Shown piece after piece: positions 16,612-24,000 of a stretch of DNA of 24,000 nt (positions are counted from its first letter, which is position 1; the number at the start of each line of letters is the position of its first letter). Source of the stretch: Candidatus Electrothrix rattekaaiensis (GTDB lineage Bacteria > Desulfobacterota > Desulfobulbia > Desulfobulbales > Desulfobulbaceae). The DNA lies in the NCBI GenBank assembly GCA_032595675.1, contig JAVQMD010000001.1:938640-962639 (forward strand), in the 5' to 3' direction. Under the pieces are notes generated by a model, which saw only the letters and a list, made by a program, of their open reading frames with translations, made no database searches and had not been told where the DNA came from. Made by a program: the position numbers and the translations under genes.

Positions 16612-18744
16612 ATGGGAGATACGTCCGGCAACAGCAGGTTCGACAAGAGTGGCAGCGGCGACCAGAATGTTGGTCAGGGCGATGGGGCTATTGGTAAGCA
16701 GGTGAACGTCACGCAGGAGGTGCGTGGGAACAACAATATCTCCTCCGGTACCGGTAATGTCACGGTGACCTACAACAGCATTTCCCCTGATGTGCTTGCT
16801 GATGTCCGCAAGCTGGCCGTTACTGATGCCGCCCTTGCCAGCTTCTTCAAGATACTGGAGGAGCAGCAGGTTCCGCACAGCGACCTGGACAACAAGCTGC
16901 GGGAGATAGCCGGGCAGTACAAGGAGCTGCTTCTGCGCCTGGAGACCGTGCAGTCGGAAGACCCGCAGGTACAGCGGCTCAAGGAAGAGGCGGGACAGGC
17001 CATTGAGGCTGGTGATTACGCCAAGGCCGAGGAGCTGCTGAATCAAGCCGAGGCCCGCGATGTGCAGGCGATAGAGCAGCTTGAGGAGGCCATCAAGCAA
17101 CAACAGGATGCGGCCCGGCAGCGGCGTATCTCTGCTGCTGATACCAATGTTTCCCAAGCCCTTGCCCAGCGTATGCAGTTGCGCTATGCCAAGGCTGCCG
17201 AGTATTGGCAGAAGGCCGCTACCCTGCTGCCGGAAGACCAGAAGAAGGAACGCTCGCTTTATCTGAGTAACGCAGGATATGACTTCCACCGGGTTGCTCG
17301 CTACAACGATGCCCTGCCCCTGTTTGAGCAGAGCTTTGCGATAGACCAGGAGATCGGCTTCAAGGCAGGACAAGGCGCGACGCTGAGTAACATCGGTGCG
17401 ATTCACCATGCCAAGGGTGACTACGATAAAGCCCTGCCCTTGTTTGAGCAGAGCGTAGCTATATTTCATGAGAGCGGCGGCAAGGCGGAAGAAGGTGCCT
17501 TGCTGAACAACATCAGCCAGATTTACAAGGCGCGGGGCGACTACACCACGGCCCTCAAGTATCTGGAGCAGAGCCTTGTCATCAGGCAGGAGATTGGCGA
17601 CAAGGCAGGGGAAGGCACGACGCTGAACAACATCGCTGGTATTCACAGGGCGCGGGGCGACTACACCACCGCCCTCACGTATCTGGAGCAGAGCCTTGTC
17701 ATCAGGCAGGAGATTGGCGACAAGGCAGGGGAAGGCACGACGCTGAACAACATCAGCCAGATTTACGATGCGCGGGGCGACTACACCACCGCCCTCAAGT
17801 ATCTGGAGCAGAACCTTGTCCTCTTCCGAGAGATTGGTGATAAGGCTCATGAAGGAGGCACCCTGAACAACATCAGCCAGATTTACGATGCACGGGGCGA
17901 CTACGACACCGCCCTCACGTATCTGGAGCAGAGCCTTGTCATCACGCAGGAGATCGGCGACAAGGCAGGGGAAGGCACGACCCTGAACAACATCAGCCAG
18001 ATTTACAAGGCGCGGGGCAACTACGCCACCGCCCTCAAGTATCTGGAGCAGAGCTTGGCGATAATGCAGGAGATCGGGGCCAAGATGGAGGAGGCGGTTA
18101 TGAGCTGGAACATCGGCATGATTTACGATGCGCGGGGCGACTACACCACCGCCCTCAAGTATCTGGAGCAGAGCCTTGTCATCAGGCAGGAGATCGGCGA
18201 CAAGGCCGGGGAAGGCACGACCCTGAGTAACATAGGTGCGATTCACCATGCCAAGGGCGAGTACGCCGCCGCCCTCAAGTATCTGGAGCAGAGCCTTGTC
18301 ATCAGGCAGGAGATTGGTGATAAGGCAGGGGAAGGCGCGACGCTGAGTAACATCGGTGCGCTTCACCATGTCAAGGGCGACTACGACAAGGCCCTGCCCT
18401 TGTTTGAGCAGAGCGTAGCTATATTTCACGAGAGCGGCAGCAAGGCGGAAGAAGGTGCCTTGCTGAACAACATCAGCCAGATTTACGATGCGCGGGGCGA
18501 CTCCGCCACCGCCCTCAAGTATCTGGAGCAGAGCCTTGTCATCACGCAGGAGATCGGGGCCAAGATGGAGGAGGCGGTTATGAGCTGGAACATCGGCATG
18601 ATCTACAAGAAGCAGGGCGACCTGCGCAAGGCGGAGCAGTACATCAGCCGGGCTGTGCAGCTTGCCGAGGAGATCGGTCATCCTTCCTTGGAGAAATACC
18701 GCGAGGGATTGGCAACGGTACGGGCGGCGATCAAGGCGCGGTAG
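16612..18744 (+). CDS. Tetratricopeptide-repeat protein (about twelve 40-aa TPR_10/12-like units) with N-terminal Gly/Asn-rich and coiled-coil region
   Basis: ATG 16612 is preceded by AAGGGGAGAG. Alternative starts are ATG 16531 and TTG 16447, neither with an RBS. Repeat consensus: ALKYLEQSLVIRQEIGDKAGEGTTLNNISQIYDARGDYTT. Stop TAG 18742-18744. Confidence 0.85.
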   Translation: MGDTSGNSRFDKSGSGDQNVGQGDGAIGKQVNVTQEVRGNNNISSGTGNVTVTYNSISPDVLADVRKLAVTDAALASFFKILEEQQVPHSDLDNKLREIAGQYKELLLRLETVQSEDPQVQRLKEEAGQAIEAGDYAKAEELLNQAEARDVQAIEQLEEAIKQQQDAARQRRISAADTNVSQALAQRMQLRYAKAAEYWQKAATLLPEDQKKERSLYLSNAGYDFHRVARYNDALPLFEQSFAIDQEIGFKAGQGATLSNIGAIHHAKGDYDKALPLFEQSVAIFHESGGKAEEGALLNNISQIYKARGDYTTALKYLEQSLVIRQEIGDKAGEGTTLNNIAGIHRARGDYTTALTYLEQSLVIRQEIGDKAGEGTTLNNISQIYDARGDYTTALKYLEQNLVLFREIGDKAHEGGTLNNISQIYDARGDYDTALTYLEQSLVITQEIGDKAGEGTTLNNISQIYKARGNYATALKYLEQSLAIMQEIGAKMEEAVMSWNIGMIYDARGDYTTALKYLEQSLVIRQEIGDKAGEGTTLSNIGAIHHAKGEYAAALKYLEQSLVIRQEIGDKAGEGATLSNIGALHHVKGDYDKALPLFEQSVAIFHESGSKAEEGALLNNISQIYDARGDSATALKYLEQSLVITQEIGAKMEEAVMSWNIGMIYKKQGDLRKAEQYISRAVQLAEEIGHPSLEKYREGLATVRAAIKAR
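17281..18600 (+). repeat. Eleven tandem 120-bp coding repeats inside the TPR gene
   Basis: The units sit in register at 17281, 17401, ... 18481. Many are near-identical (for example 17521-17640 vs 17641-17760). Higher-order duplications also occur: 17401-17520 ~ 18361-18480 and 18061-18120 ~ 18541-18600. Confidence 0.9.
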
Positions 18745-18766
18745 GGGCAATCCCCTGTGATTGCCC
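18745..18766 (+). terminator. Hairpin directly after the TPR stop (weak terminator candidate)
   Basis: GGGCAATC-CCCTGT-GATTGCCC, followed by ATTGTAATT, which is only moderately T-rich. Confidence 0.35.
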
Positions 18767-18902
18767 ATTGTAATTCCTGCGGGGCCGGTAGGGGCCGGTC
18801 CCCGTGCCTGCCCGTGCTAGTTTCCGGGGAGACACAGGGGTCTCCCCCTACACGCAACCTGCGGATTCATCATGCCCAGCAGGGACGAGAAATCTTTCCC
18901 TC

Positions 18903-19100
18903 CCTGCGCATACACCCCGTATGCCGAGGCGCATACCCTCCGTATGCCCCTGCGCATACACCCCGGTATGCCCCTGCGCATATGCCCCCGTATGCCCCTG
19001 CGCATATACCACCATATGCCCCTGCGCATATACCCCCGTATGCCCCTGCGCATATATCCCCATATGCCCCTGCGCATAGGCCCTGTATGTCGAGGCGCAA
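18903..19100. repeat. Tandem array of eight 23-24-nt units plus a partial unit, TATGCCCCTGCGCATA + 8-nt variable tail
   Basis: Unit starts: 18920, 18943, 18967, 18991, 19015, 19039, 19063, 19086. The core has palindromic ends, TATGC..GCATA. The first and last units are variants (TATGCCGAGGCGCATA, TATGTCGAGGCGCAA). There are no unique spacers. Confidence 0.9.
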
Positions 19101-19119
19101 GCTTTCTGGCAAAGAATGC

Positions 19120-19148
19120 TTGACAGAACCGGGCCACCTCTTTACGAT
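19120..19148 (+). promoter_or_regulatory. Candidate sigma70 promoter of the DUF4469-like gene
   Basis: TTGACA (19120-19125), 17-nt spacer, TACGAT (19143-19148). It lies 20 nt downstream of the tandem array. RBS AAGGAGG at 19193-19199, ATG 19208. Confidence 0.4.
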
Positions 19149-19207
19149 GAGTTGTCGAAGCTCTTCCCGGTATTCTCAAACCCTTATGCTGTAAGGAGGT
19201 AGCCATC

Positions 19208-20284
19208 ATGACCATTCAATGCAAATCAGAAACCAACACCCTGACCACACCCGACTCCTACATTGTCCGCTTTGTGCCCCGTAACACAGCGGACGAGGAA
19301 AGGCTTGCTGCGGATATCACTCTACGCCATCCCAACTTCAGCAAAGCCGACATCCTGACCATCCTGAACGCTGAGGACGAGGTCATTCTGGAGCGGCTGC
19401 TCAACGGCGAGCAGGTGACCAAGCACGGCAGCTTCAGCTGGTATCTCACCTTTACCGGCAGATTGGAGAACGCGGACGATCCGCTGCCGCCTCTGGACGA
19501 GTGCCTGCACGCCAAAATGCGTTTCTCGCAGAACTTTATTGAACGCCTGCGTCAGGCCGCCCGTATTGAGCGGCTGCCGGTAACCGAAAAACGGCCAATC
19601 ATCGTCTTTGCCGAAGACACAGTGCTGGGGCTGCACAACGTGTTGCGCTCGGACGGTATGCTCCTTATCACAGGCCGTAACCTCCTGTTCGACCGCAAAG
19701 AAAGCGGCTCGCATTGCCTGATTGAGGGCACCCGGAGCGGCAGCGCGGTCCAGAGCCGGGTCGGCATAATCACCAACACCGAGGTCGTGCTCATGCCTGA
19801 TGTGCCGAGCCAGCCTGATCCGTGGAACAACGAATACCGTCTTTCCCTGACCACCCGCTACACCGAGCACGGCACCCCGCGCACTGGCATCTACAAACGG
19901 CTGCTCCGCACGCCCTTGGCTGTTGCGCTGAGGGACGGAGGTGGCCCGCCGGTCAACATCGGCATGCTCACCGGCAATGCGACTGCACCCTATGTCTCCA
20001 TCACCGGAGGCGCAAGCAGCGCAGACGAGACCCTGCGTATCCAAGTCATTCAGAACCTGAGCGAAGATCGGCTGCTGTTCTCCTTGTTTGCAATGGAGGA
20101 GGAAGGTGCGGAAGGTACCGAGGTGCCGGTGACCGCGAACGGGACATTCACCCTGCCCGGTTTTGCAGGCTCTGCCGTGAGCAGCCTGGACATCACCGTG
20201 AACGACTACGCCGCGCTGTGGGAGATGGTCCGCAATAACTACGGCGGCTGGTTGGTGGATGTGCTGATGATCGAGCAGGTATAG
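19208..20284 (+). CDS. HU-like/DUF4469-type putative DNA-binding protein with extra C-terminal domain
   Basis: 358 aa with a strong RBS. The N-terminal third (YIVRFVPRNT..ADILTILNAEDEVILERLLNGEQVT..FTGRLENADDP) and middle part (..VLGLHNVLRSDGMLLITGRNLLFDRKESG..CLIEG...NTEVVLMPDVP..YRLSLTTRYT) match my memory of the HU_HIG-like + DUF4469 (Ig-like) architecture. This is a by-eye call. Confidence in coding status is higher than in function. Confidence 0.65.
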   Translation: MTIQCKSETNTLTTPDSYIVRFVPRNTADEERLAADITLRHPNFSKADILTILNAEDEVILERLLNGEQVTKHGSFSWYLTFTGRLENADDPLPPLDECLHAKMRFSQNFIERLRQAARIERLPVTEKRPIIVFAEDTVLGLHNVLRSDGMLLITGRNLLFDRKESGSHCLIEGTRSGSAVQSRVGIITNTEVVLMPDVPSQPDPWNNEYRLSLTTRYTEHGTPRTGIYKRLLRTPLAVALRDGGGPPVNIGMLTGNATAPYVSITGGASSADETLRIQVIQNLSEDRLLFSLFAMEEEGAEGTEVPVTANGTFTLPGFAGSAVSSLDITVNDYAALWEMVRNNYGGWLVDVLMIEQV

Positions 20285-20305
20285 AGAGGCAAGAGACACC
20301 GCATC

Positions 20306-21871
20306 ATGGCGAAATACTTCAATACCACCGGCCCCTGCTTTCCCCGGTTGCACTATATGTTGCCGCCCAAGGACCGGCTGGTAGGGGCCAGCCTAGACCG
20401 CTACATCCGCGATGAACTGTACTGGGTACTGCACGCGCCCCGGCAGACCGGCAAGACCACCTTTCTCCAATCCTGGATGCATGAAATCAACGCCGGAACC
20501 GAGGCCGTGGCCTGCTACGTCAGCCTGGAGACCTGTCAGGAAGTGACAGAGGTGGAGCGGGCCATGCCTGCAATGGCTACGGCTGTACAACAACATGCAG
20601 AACGGTTTCATGTTCCTGCCCCGGACTACCCTTCTGAAGTCTCTCCAGAAAACATGCTTTCCGCGCTGCTGATTGACTGGGCTTGCTGGACACCAGATAA
20701 TCCCGCAGATCATGCATCCCGACCAGAGCGACCGAGACAGGAAACGTGCCTATGCCACGACCGGCAAAGCCGCTCCGTAGCTGGCGGAGAAAGCTGACCA
20801 GAGCAGGACCAGCAACAACATCGACTTCGTCGAACAGAACAATCAGCTTTTTCGGCGCAGCAACACAAGGACGGCAGATCCCTTCATCCGGGCAGTCCCT
20901 TCAACATCAAGCATGACTCAGCCACCCTGAGTAATTTCAGTCAGGCCGACATTGCCGCCCTGACCTCCCAGCATAGCCAAGCAACCGGGCAGCAGTTCAC
21001 CCCGGAGGCCCTGAAGCGGATCTGGGCCTGTTCTTCCGGTCAGCCTTGGTTGGTCAACGTTTTATGCGAGCAGATTGTTTACCGGATTATTCTTGAGGCT
21101 CAAGCTGCTGTGCTGCCCGAGCATGTGGATCAGGCACGAGAACGGCTCATCGCCTCACGGGCCACCCATATTGATTCCTTGGGGGAACGCCTCCGGGAGG
21201 AGCGGGTGCGCCGGGTGATCCAGCCGATGATGATCGGGGAAAGTGATCCAAACTTAGGGCGTTCCGACCGCGATGTGGAGTTCTGCCTTGATCTCGGTCT
21301 GATCACCTGGGATGGTTCGCTGGTCATCGCCAATGCCATCTACCGGGAAGTCATTGCCCGCTCCCTGAGTCAGAATTATCAGGACAATATTCCCGCCCCG
21401 GAATTCTCCTGGCAGCGGCCAGACGGTAGCCTAGACATGGACGCCCTGATGGACGAGTTCCAGAAGTTTTGGGCTTGGAATTCCGAGATATGGGAGGAAA
21501 AGGCGGACTACACCGAAGCCTTTCCCCATCTGCTGCTTATGGCCTTTCTCCAGCGTATTATTAACGGGGGCGGCAGGGTGGATCGGGAATACGCTGCCGG
21601 GCGAGGGCGGATGGACCTGCTGATTCGCTTCGGCGGTGGTATTAATCTGATAGAGATCAAGCTGGTACACCCAAGGATGGGTCGGGAGGCGACCCGGGAC
21701 CAAGGTCTGGAGCAGGTTGAGCGTTATGCTGATCAAACCGGTCCTGATACCTGTCATCTGGTCATCTTTGACCGGCGCACGGATCAGCGCGGCAAAGCTT
21801 GGAAGGAACGGCTTTCTCATGAGACCTGCACAACGCTGTCCGGGCGTTCGGTAGAGGTGATCTGGTGCTGA
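20306..21871 (+). pseudogene. AAA-ATPase-like + PD-(D/E)XK (PDDEXK_9-type) protein gene, interrupted by an in-place inversion of its Walker-B segment
   Basis: - N-terminal part (20306 on): MAKYFNTTGPC..HYMLPP..APRQTGKTT (Walker A) ..LLIDWA, then nonsense to TGA 20795-20797.
- C-terminal part, same phase: KDGRSLHPGSPFNIKHDSATLSNF..GQPWLVN.. to GRMDLLIRF..LIEIKL (nuclease motif), stop 21869-21871.
- The missing middle is encoded on the opposite strand (see the next feature). Confidence 0.85.
20682..20869. other. Inverted intragenic DNA segment (180 bp between 4-bp inverted cores CTTG / CAAG)
   Basis: The reverse complement of 20686-20865 reads, without stops, CVAAPKKLIVLFDEVDVVAGPALVSFLRQLRSGFAGRGIGTFPVSVALVGMHDLRDYLVSSK (Walker B LIVLFDEVD). 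Flipping it joins ..IDWA|CVAAP.. and ..YLVSSK|DGRSLHPGSPFNI.. in frame, giving 521 codons across 20306-21871. Confidence 0.8.
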
Positions 21872-21879
21872 ATCGGTTG

Positions 21880-21900
21880 CTCGGGGTGTGTGACCCCGAG
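21880..21900. terminator. Hairpin between convergent genes (possible bidirectional terminator)
   Basis: CTCGGGGT-GTGTG-ACCCCGAG. It lies 9 nt after the ATPase gene stop and 40 nt after the minus-strand AIM24-like gene stop. The flanking T/A runs are weak. Confidence 0.4.
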
Positions 21901-21939
21901 TAGATTGTGTCTGTCCCGTTCTCCCCCTCCCAGAAGAAA

Positions 21940-22950
21940 CTACTTCTCAAAGAGCGTGGAGATATTGCCAAGCACAGATCCTTCGCCCACGCTCTGTCCG
22001 CCAGCTTTGGGAGCAGCCGCCCAGATTCGTCCGGCCAGCCGGGAAAAGGGCAGGGATTGCAGCCAGACATGGCCTGGCCCGCGTAGGCTGGCAAAGAAAA
22101 ACCCCTCGCCGCCAAACACAGCTGATTTCACATTGCCTACATACTCAATATCATAATTCACGGTCTGGGTCAGGGCGACCAAGCAACCCGTGTCCACCCG
22201 TAGGGTTTCTCCTGCCTGGAGCTGCCGTTCCACGATGGTGCCGCCAGCATGGACAAAGCACAGTCCATCACCGTCCAGCTGCTGCATAATGAATCCTTCC
22301 CCACCGAATAAGGCTGTGCCGAGTCTTTTCTGAAAAGCGATTCCAATGGCAACCCCCTTGGCTGCGCAGAGAAAGGCGTCCTTTTGGCAGATAATTCGGT
22401 TGCCGTACTGGGTCAGATCCAGAGGAATAATCTTGCCCGGATACGGGGAGGCAAAGGCGACCTTGCCTTTGCCCTGGCCCTGAAAGGTGAACATGGTGAT
22501 GAACAGCCCTTCGCCAGTGATCAGCCGTTTACCCGCACCGAGCATTTTATCGAAGAAACCGCCTTGCTGGGAAGAGGCAGAGCCGTCACCGAAGATGGTC
22601 TCCATCTTGATGAAATCGCTCATGTACATCATGCTGCCTGCCTCGGCCACCACGCTTTCCTGCGGATCAAGCTCAATCTCGACAAACTGCATCTCGTGCC
22701 CGAAGATCTCATAATCGATCTCGTGAGCCTGTCGTCCGCTCATGGGAGGAGGTGTGCTACCGCTGCCGCCTGCCGCAGCACCGGGATCGGTCAGTTCCTT
22801 GACCTGCTCTATTGGTAACCAATCACTGAATCCTTCCCGCCAGACCATAGTGCCGAGATTATACTGGCCGGAGCGTACCCCGGCGATCATCTGTTCATGG
22901 GAAAAAGGACCGACGGTCTGTCCGTTGACTGCAACATACCAGTTGTACAT
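21940..22950 (-). CDS. GYF_2 (DUF4339)-domain + TIGR00266/AIM24-family protein
   Basis: 336 aa. The N-terminal [34 protein letters not shown] is the GYF_2 pattern. After a Gly/Pro linker comes the AIM24/DUF124 pattern: IDYEI.G...[22 protein letters not shown] ... GEGLF...F.G.G.V.FA ... FGGEGF ... G.G.VWLQSLP. Confidence 0.85.
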   Translation of the reverse strand: MYNWYVAVNGQTVGPFSHEQMIAGVRSGQYNLGTMVWREGFSDWLPIEQVKELTDPGAAAGGSGSTPPPMSGRQAHEIDYEIFGHEMQFVEIELDPQESVVAEAGSMMYMSDFIKMETIFGDGSASSQQGGFFDKMLGAGKRLITGEGLFITMFTFQGQGKGKVAFASPYPGKIIPLDLTQYGNRIICQKDAFLCAAKGVAIGIAFQKRLGTALFGGEGFIMQQLDGDGLCFVHAGGTIVERQLQAGETLRVDTGCLVALTQTVNYDIEYVGNVKSAVFGGEGFFFASLRGPGHVWLQSLPFSRLAGRIWAAAPKAGGQSVGEGSVLGNISTLFEK

Positions 22951-23056
22951 GATGCCACCTCATGAAGAGTTTTTTTAGCGTTTGCTGGATAAAATGTATT
23001 TCACTGCCCTTGAAAACCGCTGGCTCTCGGACAGAATATCCGGTATTGTTCCAGAT

Positions 23057-24000
23057 ATGGAGAAAAAAGTCATAAAAAAGTTGCAGCAGGCTGTTGGTAA
23101 AGCCCATCTGCTGATAAGCTTGGAGGAGCGTTCCTGTTACAGTTATGACGCGTCAGGGCGGGATTTCATGCCGGATGCAGTGGCCTTACCTGACTCAACG
23201 GCTCAGGTTGCGACCCTGCTTCGCCTTGCTGATGAATACCGTTTTTCGGTTATCCCGCGCGGGGCAGGGAGCGGCACCACCGGCGGTGCCCTGCCTGTGC
23301 ATGGCGGCTTGGTTATAGGGTTTAGTCGGATGAATCGAATTGTTGAGATTGATCCTGACAATATGATTGCCGTGGTGGAACCGGGTGTGGTCACCGGTGA
23401 GTTGCAGGCCGCTGTAAAAAAACACGGCTTGATGTACCCTCCTGATCCGGCTAGCCTGAAATTCTGTTCCATCGGCGGTAATGCCGCAGAGTGCGCTGGT
23501 GGTCCCAGCGCGGTGAAATACGGAGTGACCCGCGATTATATCATCGGTCTTGAGGTGGTGCTGCCCAACGGTGAAATCATGCGGACAGGGGTGCGCACGG
23601 AAAAGGGAGTAGTGGGCTACGACCTGACCCGACTGTTCATCGGCTCCGAAGGTACTCTGGCGATCTTTACCAAACTCATTCTTCGCCTTCTCCCACTTGC
23701 CGAGGACAAGGTGACTTTTCTGCTCAGTTTTCCCTCCTTGGCGCAGGCAACTGGCATGGTTGCCAAGATTCTCACTGCCGGGCTTATGCCCTGCACCTTG
23801 GAATATATGGATCAAACCGCTGTGCAGGTGGTAGGTGATCAATTGGGCAATTCCTTACCTGAGGAGACTGCTGCCCTGTTGCTGGTGGAGTTTGACGGGA
23901 GCAAATCCGAGGTCGCACGACAAGGAAAAGTCTTTACATCGTTTGTTCGACAGCAGCAAGAGAAGGACTGCGTGCTACGCCAAGCACAAAGTGAAGAGGA
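23057..24000 (+). CDS. glcD: FAD-linked oxidase, GlcD-like (glycolate/D-lactate dehydrogenase family), 5' part; continues past the window end
   Basis: It is not in the supplied ORF track because no stop occurs before base 24000. The translation from ATG 23057 reads MEKKVIKKLQQAVGKAHLL..CYSYDASG..PDAVALPDSTAQVATLLRLA..VIPRGAGSGTTGG..NRIVEIDPDN..VEPGVV..PPDPAS...SIGGNAAECAGGP.AVKYGVTRDY..LEVVLPNGEI..GYDLTRLFIGSEGTLAI. This is the PCMH-type FAD-binding domain. An in-frame alternative ATG lies at 22994. Confidence 0.85.
   Translation, partial: MEKKVIKKLQQAVGKAHLLISLEERSCYSYDASGRDFMPDAVALPDSTAQVATLLRLADEYRFSVIPRGAGSGTTGGALPVHGGLVIGFSRMNRIVEIDPDNMIAVVEPGVVTGELQAAVKKHGLMYPPDPASLKFCSIGGNAAECAGGPSAVKYGVTRDYIIGLEVVLPNGEIMRTGVRTEKGVVGYDLTRLFIGSEGTLAIFTKLILRLLPLAEDKVTFLLSFPSLAQATGMVAKILTAGLMPCTLEYMDQTAVQVVGDQLGNSLPEETAALLLVEFDGSKSEVARQGKVFTSFVRQQQEKDCVLRQAQSEE

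Noticed and set aside
16528-18768. 746-aa minus-strand ORF antisense to the TPR gene
   Set aside because: The stop-free frame is a by-product of the 120-bp repeat composition. The translation is low-complexity (..LLQILEGGGVVAPR.. repeated) with no RBS or known motif. The + strand encodes a clean TPR consensus.
18903-19100. CRISPR array hypothesis for the 24-nt repeats
   Set aside because: The units are head to tail, with only 7-8 nt of variable sequence between the 16-nt cores. There are no 25-40-nt unique spacers, no leader and no cas genes.
18757-19194. 145-aa + ORF (PPYAPAH octapeptide repeats) and five other overlapping ORFs across the 24-nt array
   Set aside because: All six frames are open because the unit length is a multiple of 3 and lacks stop triplets. 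There is no RBS, and the ORF would run through the predicted promoter of the next gene. I treat it as non-coding.
19322-20353. 343-aa minus-strand ORF opposite the DUF4469-like gene
   Set aside because: This is a shadow ORF in a GC-rich region. The + strand has a strong RBS and a recognisable domain pattern; the minus-strand product has neither.
20306-21871. Reading 20306-20797 and 21050-21871 as two independent genes
   Set aside because: Both are in the same phase and carry complementary halves of one family. The 'start' at 21050 is a TTG inside the conserved GQPWLVN motif. The tail of the first ORF is the antisense reading of the inverted segment.
23195-23842. 215-aa minus-strand ORF (and the nested 89-aa ORF)
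   Set aside because: Both lie antisense to the GlcD-like FAD oxidase frame. That frame is absent from the ORF track only because it has no stop before the window end.

Overview
This is a mosaic 24-kb chromosomal window. Its gene content suggests an anaerobic, sulfate-reducer-like (Desulfobacterota-type) bacterium, but that taxon is a guess. All domain calls are by-eye motif recognition; no searches were run.

Left to right:
1. A hybrid sensor kinase/response regulator/Hpt gene, open at the window's 5' edge.
2. A 4.1-kb selenocysteine formate dehydrogenase. The ORF track splits it at an in-frame TGA. It is fused to an N-terminal 2Fe-2S plus GltD-like NAD(P)H/FAD module.
3. A ~4-kb accessory patch. 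It holds a strongly AT-rich orphan membrane/coiled-coil gene, three VapC-type toxin-antitoxin (TA) cassettes (one frameshifted and truncated), HigA-type antitoxin remnants, and a three-copy dispersed repeat at the cassette borders.
4. A TM2-domain protein and an unknown membrane protein.
5. A secreted protein with six tandem 6-Cys modules (36 Cys), a 61-aa 2x[4Fe-4S] ferredoxin, and a CbiM/NikM + NikL-like + NikK-like (DUF4198) metal-uptake trio with no Q/O (ECF T/ATPase) genes nearby.
6. A GC-rich block containing three things:
   - a TPR protein built from eleven near-identical 120-bp units;
   - an 8-unit 24-nt tandem array directly upstream of the promoter of a DUF4469/HU-like gene;
   - an AAA-ATPase/PD-(D/E)XK gene whose 180-bp Walker-B segment lies inverted in place. 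Flipping it restores one 521-codon ORF.
7. A GYF+AIM24(TIGR00266)-like gene, then the 5' part of a GlcD-like FAD oxidase. The oxidase is missing from the ORF track because it runs off the window.

I saw no rRNA, tRNA, CRISPR array, transposase or recombinase gene.
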